Shown here piece by piece: positions 1 through 10,621 of a stretch of DNA of 47,385 nucleotides (positions within the stretch are counted from its first letter, which is position 1; the number at the start of each line of letters is the position of its first letter). Position numbers and translations under genes: made by a program. This DNA is from Gemmatimonadota bacterium (lineage in GTDB: Bacteria; Gemmatimonadota; Gemmatimonadetes; Gemmatimonadales; Gemmatimonadaceae): contig JAZJZK010000001.1 in the NCBI GenBank assembly GCA_040389905.1, positions 1-47,385 of the forward strand, written 5' to 3'. The notes below the pieces were generated by a model, which saw only the letters and a list, made by a program, of their open reading frames with translations, was not told the origin of the DNA and searched no databases.

Positions 1-80
1 CGAAGTCGAGGGATCTGCACGTTCAGTCTGGGTTTGAGGTGCGGACCCCTCGACTCGCTGCGCCTCGTTCGGGGTGACAA
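1..80. repeat. REP-like palindromic element, family A (cut by window edge)
   Basis: Reverse complement (GTCACCCCGAACGAGGCGCAGCGAGTCGAGGGGTCCGCACCTCAAACCCAGACTGAACGTGCAGATCCCTCGACTTCG) closely matches 19809-19885; lies just past the 3' end of the yyaL-like gene. Confidence 0.85.
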
Positions 81-119
81 ATCCTGAATAAGGCTGTTTC
101 AGAACGGACGCTACGCTAC

Positions 120-2159
120 CTACCTAACTGTTTGACGCGCCGCCAGCAGCTGTTCCTGAAGCACTGTAGGCTCAGACGTCGGCACGTCGCACGAGTATCC
201 GCGGCACACGTACGCCGTCGGCGTCGTATCTGATCGTCCCGCCAGCACCGCGAGCCCCGAGCCCGAACCCCCGGCCAGGACAAGCGACGGCACATACTCC
301 CTCGCGACGACCGCCTGGAGCGCACCGAATAGCGGGTCCGACGCAGATCCGACGAGCGCCACCTCGATCGCCCCGTGAATCACCAAATCCGCCGCGCCAA
401 GCGCGTGCCCGAATGCGGTGGGGTAGCGCGCCATCGGCTCCACCATTGTCTCGAGCATCGCCGCCGCGCGCGTGGTGTACAGCGGCACATCGAACAAATC
501 ACCGAGAATGAGCAGCAACTCGATCGCGAGGGACGTTCCACTGGGCACCGCGTTATCCGTGACATCCCGTGGTCGCGTCACCAGCGGTTCGGCGTCGATG
601 GCGGTGTCGAAGAACGCCTGCGTCTCCTCATCCCAGAAGCGAGCGAGAATATCATCCGCCAACGCGCGCGCGCGTTCGAGCCACACGACATCGAACGTCA
701 GTTGGTACAGCGCGATTGCGCCGAGTGCGACGGCCGCATGGTCCTCGAGCACGCCGGGGATTCTGGCTGTCCCGTTCTTCCATGACCGTAGCACCTGCCC
801 GTCGCGCACGAGTTCGCGGAAGAGGAACGCACCGTTTCGCAGCGCAATGGCGCGGAGATCATCGTCGCCAAACGCGCGCGCCGCTTCGGCCACCGCGCGC
901 AGCATGAGTCCATTCCATCCCGCCAGTATCTTCTCGTCACGCGCTGGACGAATGCGCCGCTCGCGCGCGTCATACAGAATTCGCACGGCGCGCTCGATGG
1001 CGGTGCGCAGTTCGGGCACGGTGACGTCGTGCGCCGCCGCCACATCGCCCATGGGGCGCGGGACGAAAAGAATATTGCGCCCCTCGAAGTTTCCGCCACG
1101 CGTCACGCCCCAATACGCCTTGAGCAGCGCCGCATCGTCACCGAGGAGTGTGTCGAGTTCACCCGCATCCCAGACGTAGTACCGTCCCTCGTGTCCCTCG
1201 CTGTCGGCGTCGAGGGACGAATAGAAGCCGCCCTCGGCTGACGTCATCTCACGCGACAGCCAGCCGAGTGTCTCTTCGGTGATGCGTCGGATGTCGTCAT
1301 CGTGCGTCGCCTGCCAGAGGTGCGCGCCCAGGCGAACGAGGAGCGCATTGTCATACAACATCTTTTCGAAGTGCGGTACGAGCCAGTACGCGTCGACGCT
1401 GTACCGCGAGAACCCACCGCCGACCTGGTCGTAAATGCCTCCTCGCGACATCTGGTCGAAGGTGTGACGCACCATGTCAAGGCACGCCTCATTTCCGGTG
1501 CGCGCCCATTGGCGCAGCGCAAAATCGAGCGTCATCGTCGGCGGAAACTTCGGCGCGCCGTCGAATCCACCGAATCGCGGCTCGTATCGCTGCTGCAGTG
1601 ACGCGACCGCTCGGTTCAACAACGCCGCATCGAGCGAGCCTGTGGCCCGCGTGCGCTCCGTGCTGGCGGCGTACAACTCGCGCATCTGCGCCGCCGTGCG
1701 GCTGATGGCGTCCGTCCGGCTCGTCCACGCGTCCGCGATCCCGAGCAGCACCCGACGGAAGCTGGGATGTCCGGGCCGATCCTCGGGTGGGTAGTACGTG
1801 CCGCAGAAGAAGGGTTCCCCCTCCGGGGTCAGGAACGCGGTCATCGGCCAGCCGCCATGACCCGTCATGGCCTGGGTCGCCTGCATGTAAATGGCATCGA
1901 GATCAGGCCGCTCTTCGCGGTCCACCTTGATGCAGACGAAGTGCTCGTTCATGAGCGCGGCGACGGATTCATCCTCGAATGACTCCCGCTCCATCACATG
2001 GCACCAGTGACACGCCGCGTACCCGATGCTGAGGAGGATCGGCCGGCGCTCGTCGCGCGCCCGCGCGAGTGCCTCGGCGCACCAGGGCCACCAATCCACT
2101 GGATTGTGCGCGTGCTGGAGGAGATACGGGCTGGTCTCGTTGGCGAGGCGATTGGCCAT
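120..2159 (-). CDS. Thioredoxin-domain protein, YyaL/SSP411 family (DUF255 plus alpha/alpha-barrel)
   Basis: 679 aa; signature [61 protein letters not shown]. Confidence 0.93.
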   Translation of the reverse strand: MANRLANETSPYLLQHAHNPVDWWPWCAEALARARDERRPILLSIGYAACHWCHVMERESFEDESVAALMNEHFVCIKVDREERPDLDAIYMQATQAMTGHGGWPMTAFLTPEGEPFFCGTYYPPEDRPGHPSFRRVLLGIADAWTSRTDAISRTAAQMRELYAASTERTRATGSLDAALLNRAVASLQQRYEPRFGGFDGAPKFPPTMTLDFALRQWARTGNEACLDMVRHTFDQMSRGGIYDQVGGGFSRYSVDAYWLVPHFEKMLYDNALLVRLGAHLWQATHDDDIRRITEETLGWLSREMTSAEGGFYSSLDADSEGHEGRYYVWDAGELDTLLGDDAALLKAYWGVTRGGNFEGRNILFVPRPMGDVAAAHDVTVPELRTAIERAVRILYDARERRIRPARDEKILAGWNGLMLRAVAEAARAFGDDDLRAIALRNGAFLFRELVRDGQVLRSWKNGTARIPGVLEDHAAVALGAIALYQLTFDVVWLERARALADDILARFWDEETQAFFDTAIDAEPLVTRPRDVTDNAVPSGTSLAIELLLILGDLFDVPLYTTRAAAMLETMVEPMARYPTAFGHALGAADLVIHGAIEVALVGSASDPLFGALQAVVAREYVPSLVLAGGSGSGLAVLAGRSDTTPTAYVCRGYSCDVPTSEPTVLQEQLLAARQTVR

Positions 2160-2173
2160 GCAGGCAAGCTAAT

Positions 2174-2323
2174 AGCTCGCTTCGGCGCTTCGCGCCGAGC
2201 TTGACCGCTTTTGTCCGTCCAGCGAGCGTCAGCGAGCGGGCCGTCCACCGAGCGAAGCGAAGGAGCCCTCAAGCTGGCGCGTCAGCGCCCAGCGGACCGT
2301 CAAGCGAGCGAGAGCGAGCGGGC
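2174..2323. repeat. Intergenic repeat / MITE-like element, family B, copy 1
   Basis: Shares an exact 29-bp core GTCCAGCGAGCGTCAGCGAGCGGGCCGTC (2217-2245) and similar flanks with 31299-31466; fills almost all of a divergent intergenic region. Confidence 0.8.
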
Positions 2324-2337
2324 TTAAATTCACCAGC

Positions 2338-3615
2338 GTGAAAACTCCCCGTCTCCGTCCCTTTCAAACCGGCGTCGTCACCGTCGCCGCGGTCGTTCTC
2401 CTCTCCGCGCTGCTGCCGCTCGCTCCCGTTCGCGACGCGGCCACGCTCGGGCTCGTCCCTGAGGTCACGCTCCACCGCCCCATGGCGTACGTCGCGATGG
2501 CACCGGTGTCGAACGTCCTCGACGTGCTGACGCTGTTCACCGTTCGCCAGCACATCGCACTGTTGCTGACGATCATCGTTTGCTACGGAATCTGGTGGTG
2601 GCGCGCCGGCCGACTGACGCTCCGCGCGTTGCCCCCCACTCGCCGCGCGCTCCGCGAAATCGCTCGGCTGGGCGTCGGCCTCGTCGTGTGGCTCGCAGTG
2701 TACCTCGGCGTGACGATCATGCCGAGGCCGATGGCGCAGCTCGAACCTGCGTCGGACATCGTGGCAGTCGATTTCCACGCACACACCAAGTATTCACACG
2801 ACGGCCGCTCGGACTGGACGGCGGAAGACGTCCGTGCGTGGCATCGCGATGCAGGCTTCGCCGTCGCGTACATCACCGACCATCGCACCTTCGAGGGCGC
2901 GCGTGCGGGCTGGGCCAACAATCCCCAAACCGCAGGCACGGGGACAACGCTCCTTCCGGGAATCGAAGTCGTCTGGCGCGGCGAGCACGTCAACGTCCTC
3001 GATGCCGACCGCATGTATCAGGGCATCCTGACGGATGATCTGCGTGACATCGACGAAAAGGCGCTGGCGATGGCGAGCGTGCTTCCGAAAAACGAACCCG
3101 TCGTGATCGAGACATTACCGGGCAATCCCGACAAGGCGCTGGCCGCCGATGGCTCGGGAACCGCCGGCATCCGTGCGATCGAGCTGATCGACGGATCACC
3201 GCGCGGCCTCGGACAAACCCGCCGCGAACGCGCGAGCATCGTGCATCGAGCGGACAGCCTCAACCTCGCGCTCGTTGCCGGGAGCGATCATCATGGGTGG
3301 GGCCATACGGCCGCCGGGTGGACACTGATATCTCTCACTGATTGGCGCGGCATGGGGCCTGAGGATCTCTCGGTGCAGATCAGCCGGATCTTTCGCGCGG
3401 GCGGGCGGGGTTCGACGCGTGTCGTCGAGCGCGTCATCGCCGACACCGATGGCCCAATCGCTCTGCCGTTCACCGTGCCGCTCGTCGCGTGGAAGATGTT
3501 TCGCACCCTGTCCGGCGATGAGCGAATCGTGTGGCTCGCATGGCTGGCCATGCTCTATCTGCTCTGGCATCTGCGGGAGTCGCGGCTGCGCGATCGGTTG
3601 ACGCGCGCCGCCTGA
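2338..3615 (+). CDS. Membrane-anchored PHP-family phosphoesterase
   Basis: 425 aa; PHP motifs DFHAHTKYSHDG, ITDH, PGIE, GSDHHG; hydrophobic segments at both ends. Confidence 0.75.
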   Translation: MKTPRLRPFQTGVVTVAAVVLLSALLPLAPVRDAATLGLVPEVTLHRPMAYVAMAPVSNVLDVLTLFTVRQHIALLLTIIVCYGIWWWRAGRLTLRALPPTRRALREIARLGVGLVVWLAVYLGVTIMPRPMAQLEPASDIVAVDFHAHTKYSHDGRSDWTAEDVRAWHRDAGFAVAYITDHRTFEGARAGWANNPQTAGTGTTLLPGIEVVWRGEHVNVLDADRMYQGILTDDLRDIDEKALAMASVLPKNEPVVIETLPGNPDKALAADGSGTAGIRAIELIDGSPRGLGQTRRERASIVHRADSLNLALVAGSDHHGWGHTAAGWTLISLTDWRGMGPEDLSVQISRIFRAGGRGSTRVVERVIADTDGPIALPFTVPLVAWKMFRTLSGDERIVWLAWLAMLYLLWHLRESRLRDRLTRAA

Positions 3616-3619
3616 CCTG

Positions 3620-5158
3620 ATGACGCCGCACCCCGACGCGCTCGGTCGCAACACCGACGACGCGCGGCATTTTCGTGGCGCGGTTGCAGTGATTCTCGCT
3701 GCAGCCGTCATCCGGCTGGTGTTTGCGGCGCTCTTGCCGCTCTTTCCCGACGAGACGTACTACTGGGAGTGGTCACGCCGCCTGGCGAGCGGATACTTCG
3801 ATCACCCGCCTGCGATCGCGCATCTGATCGCAGCGGGAACTGCACTCGCGGGGCTCGTCGGCGCTGAACCGTCACCATTCGTCATTCGATTCTTTCCCGT
3901 CGTCGCCGGCGGCGTGGCATCCTACTTCGCCGTTTTGGTCGCACGACAGATCGGTGGAGGGCGCGCTGCACAGACCGCGGCGATCCTGTTTTCCCTCATG
4001 CCATTGGCCGCGACCGGGCTCGTACTGGCGACGCCGGATGCACCGCTGTTGGCCACGAGCGCGGCGGCACTTTATGCGGTGGTGCGCGCGATCGACGCAC
4101 CAGCGCGCTCGGCGCTTGGCCTTCGTTGGTGGATCGTCGCAGGGCTGTGGCTCGGGCTGTCGTTCTCGTCCAAGTACACGAGCATCCTGCTGCCCATGAC
4201 CGTTATGGCCGCACTGCTGCTTCGACCTTCATTGCGAACGCGCCTGCGCGAGCCGGGTCCCTGGCTCGCGGGCGCGGTGGCCACGATGGTGTTTCTGCCG
4301 GTGCTGTCCTGGAACGCACATCACGACTGGATCTCGTTTCGCTTCCAGCTCCAGCATGGGTTGGGTACCCCTCCGAAAGGTTCGGCGATCAAGCGCGAGC
4401 TCGACCTCCTCGGCGGACAGCTGGGGCTGGTCTCGCCAATTCTCTTCGTGCTCGCGGCGCATGCAGTGTGGCGCGCGGTCAGGCGGCCCATCACTGACGT
4501 GCATTTCCTGCTGGCGATGGTGGCAGTTGGGAGTTGGGTCTTTTTCGTTTACAGTGCGATGCGTCGTTCCGTGGAAGCGAACTGGCCGGCCCCTGCGTAT
4601 GTGCCGGCGCTCGCGCTGCTCGCAGCGCTCACTCGCACAGACTCGTACGACCGCTGGCTCCGCCGCGGGATCGCGCTCGCGGCTGTCCTGGTATTCGTGA
4701 TATACGTGCACTCCCTCGTGCCGATTCTTCCATTGCCGGCGCGCAGAGACCCTGTGGCACGAAGTGCCGGCTGGGACGGCCTGGCAGCGCCAGTGCAGGC
4801 CGTGCGCGCATCACTCGGCGCACGCACGCACGTCGCAGCGGATCGGTATCAGGACGTCAGCGAACTCGCATACCATCTGCCCGATCGGCCACTCGTCTTT
4901 TGTACCTGTCTCTCGGGCCGCCACAATCAATATGAGATCTGGCCGTCGTTTCCTTCGGTCGGGCAGCCGGGCGACAATCTCGTCCTCGCTCTGGAGGATA
5001 CCTCGGCGTCGGCGGGTTCACCTGCGAAGCTGGGGCCCTATTTCGACCGTGTGACGCGCGGCAGCCTCGCGCCGCTCATGCGCGGGGGCGATACCGTTGC
5101 GATGCGGAGAATCTGGACGCTCGAGGGCTATCGGGGGGGCTGGCCGGTTGGGCGCTAG
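3620..5158 (+). CDS. Glycosyltransferase family 39 (ArnT/PMT-like, GT-C fold)
   Basis: 512 aa polytopic; DETYYWEWSRRLASGYFDHPP, TPDAPL, SKYT, WNAHHDWISFRFQ; 4 nt after the PHP gene. Confidence 0.85.
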   Translation: MTPHPDALGRNTDDARHFRGAVAVILAAAVIRLVFAALLPLFPDETYYWEWSRRLASGYFDHPPAIAHLIAAGTALAGLVGAEPSPFVIRFFPVVAGGVASYFAVLVARQIGGGRAAQTAAILFSLMPLAATGLVLATPDAPLLATSAAALYAVVRAIDAPARSALGLRWWIVAGLWLGLSFSSKYTSILLPMTVMAALLLRPSLRTRLREPGPWLAGAVATMVFLPVLSWNAHHDWISFRFQLQHGLGTPPKGSAIKRELDLLGGQLGLVSPILFVLAAHAVWRAVRRPITDVHFLLAMVAVGSWVFFVYSAMRRSVEANWPAPAYVPALALLAALTRTDSYDRWLRRGIALAAVLVFVIYVHSLVPILPLPARRDPVARSAGWDGLAAPVQAVRASLGARTHVAADRYQDVSELAYHLPDRPLVFCTCLSGRHNQYEIWPSFPSVGQPGDNLVLALEDTSASAGSPAKLGPYFDRVTRGSLAPLMRGGDTVAMRRIWTLEGYRGGWPVGR

Positions 5159-5347
5159 CGAAAAAATGATTTCTTCGGTGAGGCGCCGCAGAGGCACCTC
5201 GCCGTCGAGGTTTGAAGAAAACGAATTTCGTGCTCATGCTTAATCGCTTTTTTTCTTTTCCATCCGCTCAATCCGCGTTCAATGTGCCGGCGCAGCGGTG
5301 CTGAGCAACCCTGCTGTCGCGGATGGCGAGTGGCGTGCAGCTGCCCT

Positions 5348-5839
5348 CTACCGCCGTTTCCCCGCGAACCCCGCCCGAACCGCAGCCAGCAGGTCGACTA
5401 ACGTCTGCTTTTCTGCATCGTCGAGATTCCCCAGCGCTACCTCATTGGCCGCGTCCACTGGCTCGTCGAGTTGGGCGAGGAGACGAAGGCCCGCCGGAGT
5501 AATCTGGCAGAGCACCTGGCGGCGATCTGGCGTCGACCGCTCGCGCACCACATGCCCGGCGCTTTCCAGCTTGTCGAGGAGGCGCGTGATTCCCGCGGCT
5601 TCCTCGATCATTCGGTCCCGGATGGCCAGAGTCGGTAATCCAACGGTGCCCGCGCCGCGGAGAATTCGCAGCACGTTGTATTGCTGGATGGTCACGCCGC
5701 TGCCTTCGACCACTTGGGACACATGGCGCTGGACAACGGCCGCCGTCCGCAAAACACTCACAAGCGCTTCGTGCGCAGGCGAGGTAAATGGACGAGTCTG
5801 TTTCAGCTCGTCACGCAGCGCGCTCGTTTTTGTCGGCAT
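5348..5839 (-). CDS. MarR-family transcriptional regulator
   Basis: 163 aa; TIQQYNVLRIL, GITRLLDKLESAGHVVRERSTPDRRQVLCQITPAG winged helix. Confidence 0.9.
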   Translation of the reverse strand: MPTKTSALRDELKQTRPFTSPAHEALVSVLRTAAVVQRHVSQVVEGSGVTIQQYNVLRILRGAGTVGLPTLAIRDRMIEEAAGITRLLDKLESAGHVVRERSTPDRRQVLCQITPAGLRLLAQLDEPVDAANEVALGNLDDAEKQTLVDLLAAVRAGFAGKRR

Positions 5840-6017
5840 TCTTCGTACCGGGTCCGATGTCTTGCCCCCGCCGCATCTTCGCGCCGAAACTCATTGACTC
5901 GACACCAGAATGTACGGTGGTGTATCGCGACTCGTTGAACTGTGACGAATGTCACGTTACGCCACGAGGCGCTATTATCACGCAACGAGACCCGCACCCA
6001 TTTCACCAAACTTTACG

Positions 6018-7409
6018 ATGACTGCTGTTCCTCACGATCTCGATGCGTATCTGAGCGCCAACGAGGAGCGAATTCAAAGCGAGCTCTTCGAATACCTTCG
6101 CATTCCAAGCGTCAGCGCTCGATCCGAGCACGATGTCGACACCGCCCGCGCAGCAGAGTGGACAGCGGCATCACTTCGCTCGGCTGGACTCTCCGCCACC
6201 GTTCATCCGACGAAAGGACACCCCGTGGTGCTCGGTGAATGGCGCGGCGCGCCCACTGGTGCGCCAACCGTGCTCATCTATGGGCACTACGATGTGCAGC
6301 CAGCCGAGCCACTGGAACTCTGGACCTCTCCCGCATTCGAGCCCACCGTACGCGACGGACGCGTTTACGCACGCGGCTCCGTCGATGACAAAGGCCAACT
6401 GTTCCTCCACATCAAGGCGCTCGAGGCCCACCTCGCCGTTCGAGGAACGCTTCCGGTGAACGTGATCGTGCTCGCCGAGGGCGAAGAGGAAGTCGGCAGC
6501 GCAAATCTGGCATCGTTCGTCGAATCACACGCTGGCGAACTCGGCTGTAGTGCCGTCATCATCTCCGACTCCGCCATGTTTGCACCAGGGCTGCCAAGCG
6601 TCCTGTCATCGCTGCGTGGGCTCGCATATTTCCAAATCGATGTGCAGGGCCCTGCGCAGGACCTGCACTCTGGCAGCTACGGCGGTGCGGTCGTGAATCC
6701 CGCCATGGCACTCGCGAGAATTCTCGCGACGCTACACGAAACAGACGGCCGAGTCGCCATTTCAGGTTTTTATGATGGGGTCTCGCCGTGGGACGATCGT
6801 GTACGCGACCAGATGCGCAGCCTCCCATTCGACGAGGAACATTTCCGCCAGGAGACCGGCGCCCCCGCACTCGGTGGCGAGAGTGGATACACGGTGCTGG
6901 AGCGCCTCTGGACGCGCCCGACGTGCGAAGTCAACGGGTTGCTGAGCGGCTACACTGGTGAAGGCGCGAAGACCGTCCTCCCGGCGAAGGCGATGGCCAA
7001 GGTCAGTTGCCGGTTGGTCCCCGATCAGGACCCGGCCGAGATCGAGCGGCTCATGGCGGCGCATGTCGCGAAGGTCGCCCCGGACGGAGTCACGGTCACC
7101 GTCACCCACCTGCACGGCGGGCGTCCGTGGCGGGCGGAGCTCACGGGACCACTCTTCGACGCAGCCCGCCGGGCACTGGGGGCGGCGTTCGGCCGAGAGC
7201 CGGTCATCACCGGGGAGGGCGGGTCGATTCCCGTCGTCGGGGATTTCACCCGGATTCTCGGAGCACCGGTACTCTTGGTAGGTTTCGGCCTGCCCGGAGA
7301 GAATGCACACGCGCCGGACGAGTGGTTGAGTCTCGAGAACTTCACGACGGGAATGCGGGCGATTGCCACGCTCTGGGATGAGCTGGGCGCGTCTCCCTCC
7401 ACGACCTGA
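6018..7409 (+). CDS. M20 family dipeptidase / acetylornithine deacetylase-like peptidase
   Basis: Metal-binding motifs YGHYDVQP, RGSVDDKG, EGEEE, NAHAPDE; start placed at ATG 6018 (the ORF opens at 5949). Confidence 0.9.
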   Translation: MTAVPHDLDAYLSANEERIQSELFEYLRIPSVSARSEHDVDTARAAEWTAASLRSAGLSATVHPTKGHPVVLGEWRGAPTGAPTVLIYGHYDVQPAEPLELWTSPAFEPTVRDGRVYARGSVDDKGQLFLHIKALEAHLAVRGTLPVNVIVLAEGEEEVGSANLASFVESHAGELGCSAVIISDSAMFAPGLPSVLSSLRGLAYFQIDVQGPAQDLHSGSYGGAVVNPAMALARILATLHETDGRVAISGFYDGVSPWDDRVRDQMRSLPFDEEHFRQETGAPALGGESGYTVLERLWTRPTCEVNGLLSGYTGEGAKTVLPAKAMAKVSCRLVPDQDPAEIERLMAAHVAKVAPDGVTVTVTHLHGGRPWRAELTGPLFDAARRALGAAFGREPVITGEGGSIPVVGDFTRILGAPVLLVGFGLPGENAHAPDEWLSLENFTTGMRAIATLWDELGASPSTT

Positions 7410-7450
7410 GTCGTACTCGCACCCGCACTTTCGAATACAGGAGAACAGCA

Positions 7451-8398
7451 ATGGCCAAGTTGAGCCCGACCGAGTGGATCTGGCATGATGGTGAGTTCAT
7501 CCCATGGAAGGACGCCACGGTTCACGTGCTCGCGCATTCCATGCAGTTCGGGTCGTCGGCGTTCGAGGGCATTCGCTGTTACGGCACGCCGCAGGGCCCG
7601 GCGATCTTCCGGCTCGAGGACCACCTCCAGCGGCTGATCAACTCCTGCAAGATCTACCGGATGGACGTGCCCTACTCGGTGGACGAACTGGTGGCCGCCA
7701 ACTGCGAATTGGTCGAGCGCAACGGGTTGGATTCCTGCTATCTCCGCCCGATGGTCATCCGTGGCTACGGTGCAGCGGGCATGGTGCCCTTCGACAGCCC
7801 AGTCGAGGTATTCCTCCCATGCTGGCCGTGGGGCGCCTACCTCGGCGACCACGCGATGGAAAACGGCGCGGATGCCTGCGTCTCGAGCTGGCACAGAATG
7901 GCGCCGAACACCACGCCATCGATGGCCAAGGTCGCCGGCAACTATCTCGGCGGCCAGCTCGTCAAGATGGAGGCGCTCGCCAATGGGTATGATGAAGCCA
8001 TTGCACTCGGGCCCGACGGCTTGATCAGTGAAGGCTCTGGCCAGAACGTGTTCATCGTCCAGCGTGGTGTCGTGTTCACCACGCCGATGAACGGCACCCT
8101 GCTCCCGGGTATCACGCGCGACACCATCATGACGCTGGCGCGTGACGCAGGGCTGGACGTGCGAGAAGGACCGCTCCAGCGCGAATTGCTCTACACCTGC
8201 GACGAGATCTTTCTGACCGGAACGGCATCGGAGGTGACGCCGGTTCGCAGTGTCGACAAGATCAGGGTCGGCATCGGTCGGACGGGCGAAGTGACGAAGC
8301 TGCTCCAGCGCACGTTCCTCGATCTCGTCCAGGGTAAGTCGGAAGACAAGTACGGTTGGCTGTGCCACGTGAAAGCGGAGCGCGCAAGCGCGACGTAA
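7451..8398 (+). CDS. ilvE: Branched-chain amino acid aminotransferase
   Basis: 315 aa; FEGIRCY, PLP lysine in AKVAGNY, EGSGQN, LLPGITR, GTASE; AGGAG RBS. Confidence 0.93.
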   Translation: MAKLSPTEWIWHDGEFIPWKDATVHVLAHSMQFGSSAFEGIRCYGTPQGPAIFRLEDHLQRLINSCKIYRMDVPYSVDELVAANCELVERNGLDSCYLRPMVIRGYGAAGMVPFDSPVEVFLPCWPWGAYLGDHAMENGADACVSSWHRMAPNTTPSMAKVAGNYLGGQLVKMEALANGYDEAIALGPDGLISEGSGQNVFIVQRGVVFTTPMNGTLLPGITRDTIMTLARDAGLDVREGPLQRELLYTCDEIFLTGTASEVTPVRSVDKIRVGIGRTGEVTKLLQRTFLDLVQGKSEDKYGWLCHVKAERASAT

Positions 8399-8406
8399 GA
8401 GGCAGC

Positions 8407-8985
8407 GTGCACGCGCTCTTCCTCTTCCTAGCGGTCGTCGGGGGCTCGATCGGGGTGCTCCAAGCCCTCGGCGCGTTAGTCGGAATTGTCGGGCACGACG
8501 CGCCTGACCAGGTGGCGGAACATCAGCTGGACGGAGGGCATCCGGCCGTTGGCGCAGGGACGACGCTCGACGTCTTCCATTTTCGCAGTGTGCGCGCGAT
8601 CGCGGCCGGTGTCGCCTTCATGGGGCTCGGCGGATTGTTGGCGTTACGACAGTTCAGTGGCCCGATTGCGCTGGCCCTCGCGCTGCTGCTGGGAGTGGCG
8701 ATCTACCTGTTCGTCGCTTTTGTCATGCGTGGCTTTACGCGGTTGGAGGCTGACGGCTCCATTCGCGCCGCGCACGCAATCGGCTGCTCTGCGACCGTGA
8801 CGCTCCCCGTCGGCGGAGAGCACCGCACGGGAAAAGTGGCGCTGGTCCTTGGCGGGCGGCACGTTGAGTACCCGGCGATCCTCTCGGAGAGTGCGCCCGC
8901 CGACACCCGCCTCGTTTCCGGCACGCGGGTCCAGATTGTGGACGCAAGCGATGATATGACGCTATCGGTGGTGCCGCTTCCTTAG
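8407..8985 (+). CDS. NfeD/YqiJ-like membrane protein
   Basis: Three hydrophobic helices then an OB-fold-like C-terminus (IGCSATVTLP, GKV, GTRVQIV); directly upstream of flotillin, the usual pairing. GTG start after AGAGG. Confidence 0.75.
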   Translation: MHALFLFLAVVGGSIGVLQALGALVGIVGHDAPDQVAEHQLDGGHPAVGAGTTLDVFHFRSVRAIAAGVAFMGLGGLLALRQFSGPIALALALLLGVAIYLFVAFVMRGFTRLEADGSIRAAHAIGCSATVTLPVGGEHRTGKVALVLGGRHVEYPAILSESAPADTRLVSGTRVQIVDASDDMTLSVVPLP

Positions 8986-9033
8986 CAACTTCGGGTGTCG
9001 AAGAAGTTCAGGCACACCCCAATCGCCACCATC

Positions 9034-10605
9034 ATGGACAACGTCAGCTCTCTCCCCGCCGCCGTACTCATAGGTGCGGCGTTCGTCATTCTTCTCGTTA
9101 GCCTGGCGCTGCTCTTTGTCAGCCGGTACGTCCGATGCCCGGCGAACAAGATTCTCGTGATTTCGGGTCGCGTTGGCGGCACCGGCGCGGCAAAATGCAT
9201 TTCTGGTGGGGGCACGTTCATCTGGCCCGTGGTTCAGGAGTATGCGTTCCTCGAACTCGATCCCGTTCGCATCGATGTAAAGCTCCCCGATGCGCTTTCA
9301 CTCGAGAACATTCGCATCAGTGTGCCGTCGGTCTTCACCGTCGCCATCGCCACCGAGGAGAGCGTCCGCCAGAACGCGGCGATTCGTCTCCTCGGCCTGA
9401 CGCACGAGCACATCGAAGCCACGGCGCGCGATATCATCATCGGCCAGCTGCGTGCCGTCATCGCGACGATGAGCATCGATCAGATCAATCGGGATCGCGA
9501 GGCGTTCCTCCAGCGCGTGCAGCACCAACTCGAGCCGGAGTTGATGAAGGTCGGGCTCACGCTCCTCAACGTGAACATCCAGGACCTGCGAGACGAGTCC
9601 GGCTATCTCGAAGCGCTCGGTAAGCAGGCCGCGGCGCAGGCCATTCAGAAGGCACGCGGCGATGTGGCCGATCAGGAGAAGGAAGGGGCCATCCGTGTTG
9701 CCAATGCGGAGCGAGAACAATCGGTGAGCGTCGCGTCCGCACAGAAGGACCGCGATATCGGCCTCGAAGAGGCGAGCCGAGAGCGCGCCGTGCGCATCGC
9801 CGCGATCCAGAAGGAGCAGAGCGTTGGCGAGCAGGCCGCCGGCTTCGAGCGCGACGTGGCAGTAAAGGAGGCGGAACGGTCGAAGCGTATTGCCGTCGCG
9901 GCGGCGGATGCCGCCGCGATCGCCGGCGAAGCGGAATCGCAGGCCAAGGTCGTTCGCACGCAGGCGACACTCGCCATCGCCCGTGCGGAGGCCACCCAAC
10001 AATCCGAAGTCGCCCAGCGCACCGCCAAGGCGGAAATCGAGCGCGTGGAAAACGAAGCACAGGCGCGTGCAGCGATCGCGCGCGCGGATCGCGTCGAAGC
10101 GGAACGACGCGCCGAGTTCGAAGCGCCGGCCAAAGCCGAGAAAGCGCGAATGATCGTGCAGGCTGAGGCCGACGCGGAACGCGTCAAGATATCCGCGATG
10201 GCGGAAGCGCAGGCAACGTTCGCGCGTCTGGACGCCGAGGCGCGCGGAAACCTGTCCATCATGGAGAAGAAGGCCGAGGGACTTCAGAAGATGGTGGCTG
10301 CGGCCGGCGGCGACCCGAATGCGGCATATCGCCTCCTGTTCCTCGAGCAGATGCCACAAGTCACGCAGACGCTGGCGGGAGCGATCTCCAATATCAAGTT
10401 CGACAAAGTCGTCTTGTGGGGCGGCGCCGGTGCGAATGGAGCGCAGGCGGGCGTCAGCGGCTTTGTCGAGGATCTCGTGAAAGTGCTGCCTCCGCTCATG
10501 CAAGTGGCCGAGGAAATCGGTGGTGTGCAACTGCCGGGCATGTTCGGGAAGCGAGCGAGCGACGGCGTGGCGCTTCACGCCGCGGACTCGACCTCGACGA
10601 CCTGA
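9034..10605 (+). CDS. Flotillin / SPFH-domain protein
   Basis: N-terminal TM helix, SPFH domain (GGGTFIWPVVQ, INRDREAF, NVNIQDLRD), long Ala/Glu coiled coil, ISNIKFDKVVLW. Confidence 0.92.
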   Translation: MDNVSSLPAAVLIGAAFVILLVSLALLFVSRYVRCPANKILVISGRVGGTGAAKCISGGGTFIWPVVQEYAFLELDPVRIDVKLPDALSLENIRISVPSVFTVAIATEESVRQNAAIRLLGLTHEHIEATARDIIIGQLRAVIATMSIDQINRDREAFLQRVQHQLEPELMKVGLTLLNVNIQDLRDESGYLEALGKQAAAQAIQKARGDVADQEKEGAIRVANAEREQSVSVASAQKDRDIGLEEASRERAVRIAAIQKEQSVGEQAAGFERDVAVKEAERSKRIAVAAADAAAIAGEAESQAKVVRTQATLAIARAEATQQSEVAQRTAKAEIERVENEAQARAAIARADRVEAERRAEFEAPAKAEKARMIVQAEADAERVKISAMAEAQATFARLDAEARGNLSIMEKKAEGLQKMVAAAGGDPNAAYRLLFLEQMPQVTQTLAGAISNIKFDKVVLWGGAGANGAQAGVSGFVEDLVKVLPPLMQVAEEIGGVQLPGMFGKRASDGVALHAADSTSTT

Positions 10606-10621
10606 TCGGATTCGCCCATAC

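Noticed and set aside
5942..5955. Palindrome GTGAC-N4-GTCAC as a MarR operator
   Set aside because: Plausible position but 5-bp arms are too short to support without ortholog comparison.
7025..8368. Long antisense ORFs (also 9298-10956, 10628-11620, 16748-17773, 30005-31177, 45851-46942)
   Set aside because: Shadow frames of well-supported genes, common in high-GC DNA; no motifs.
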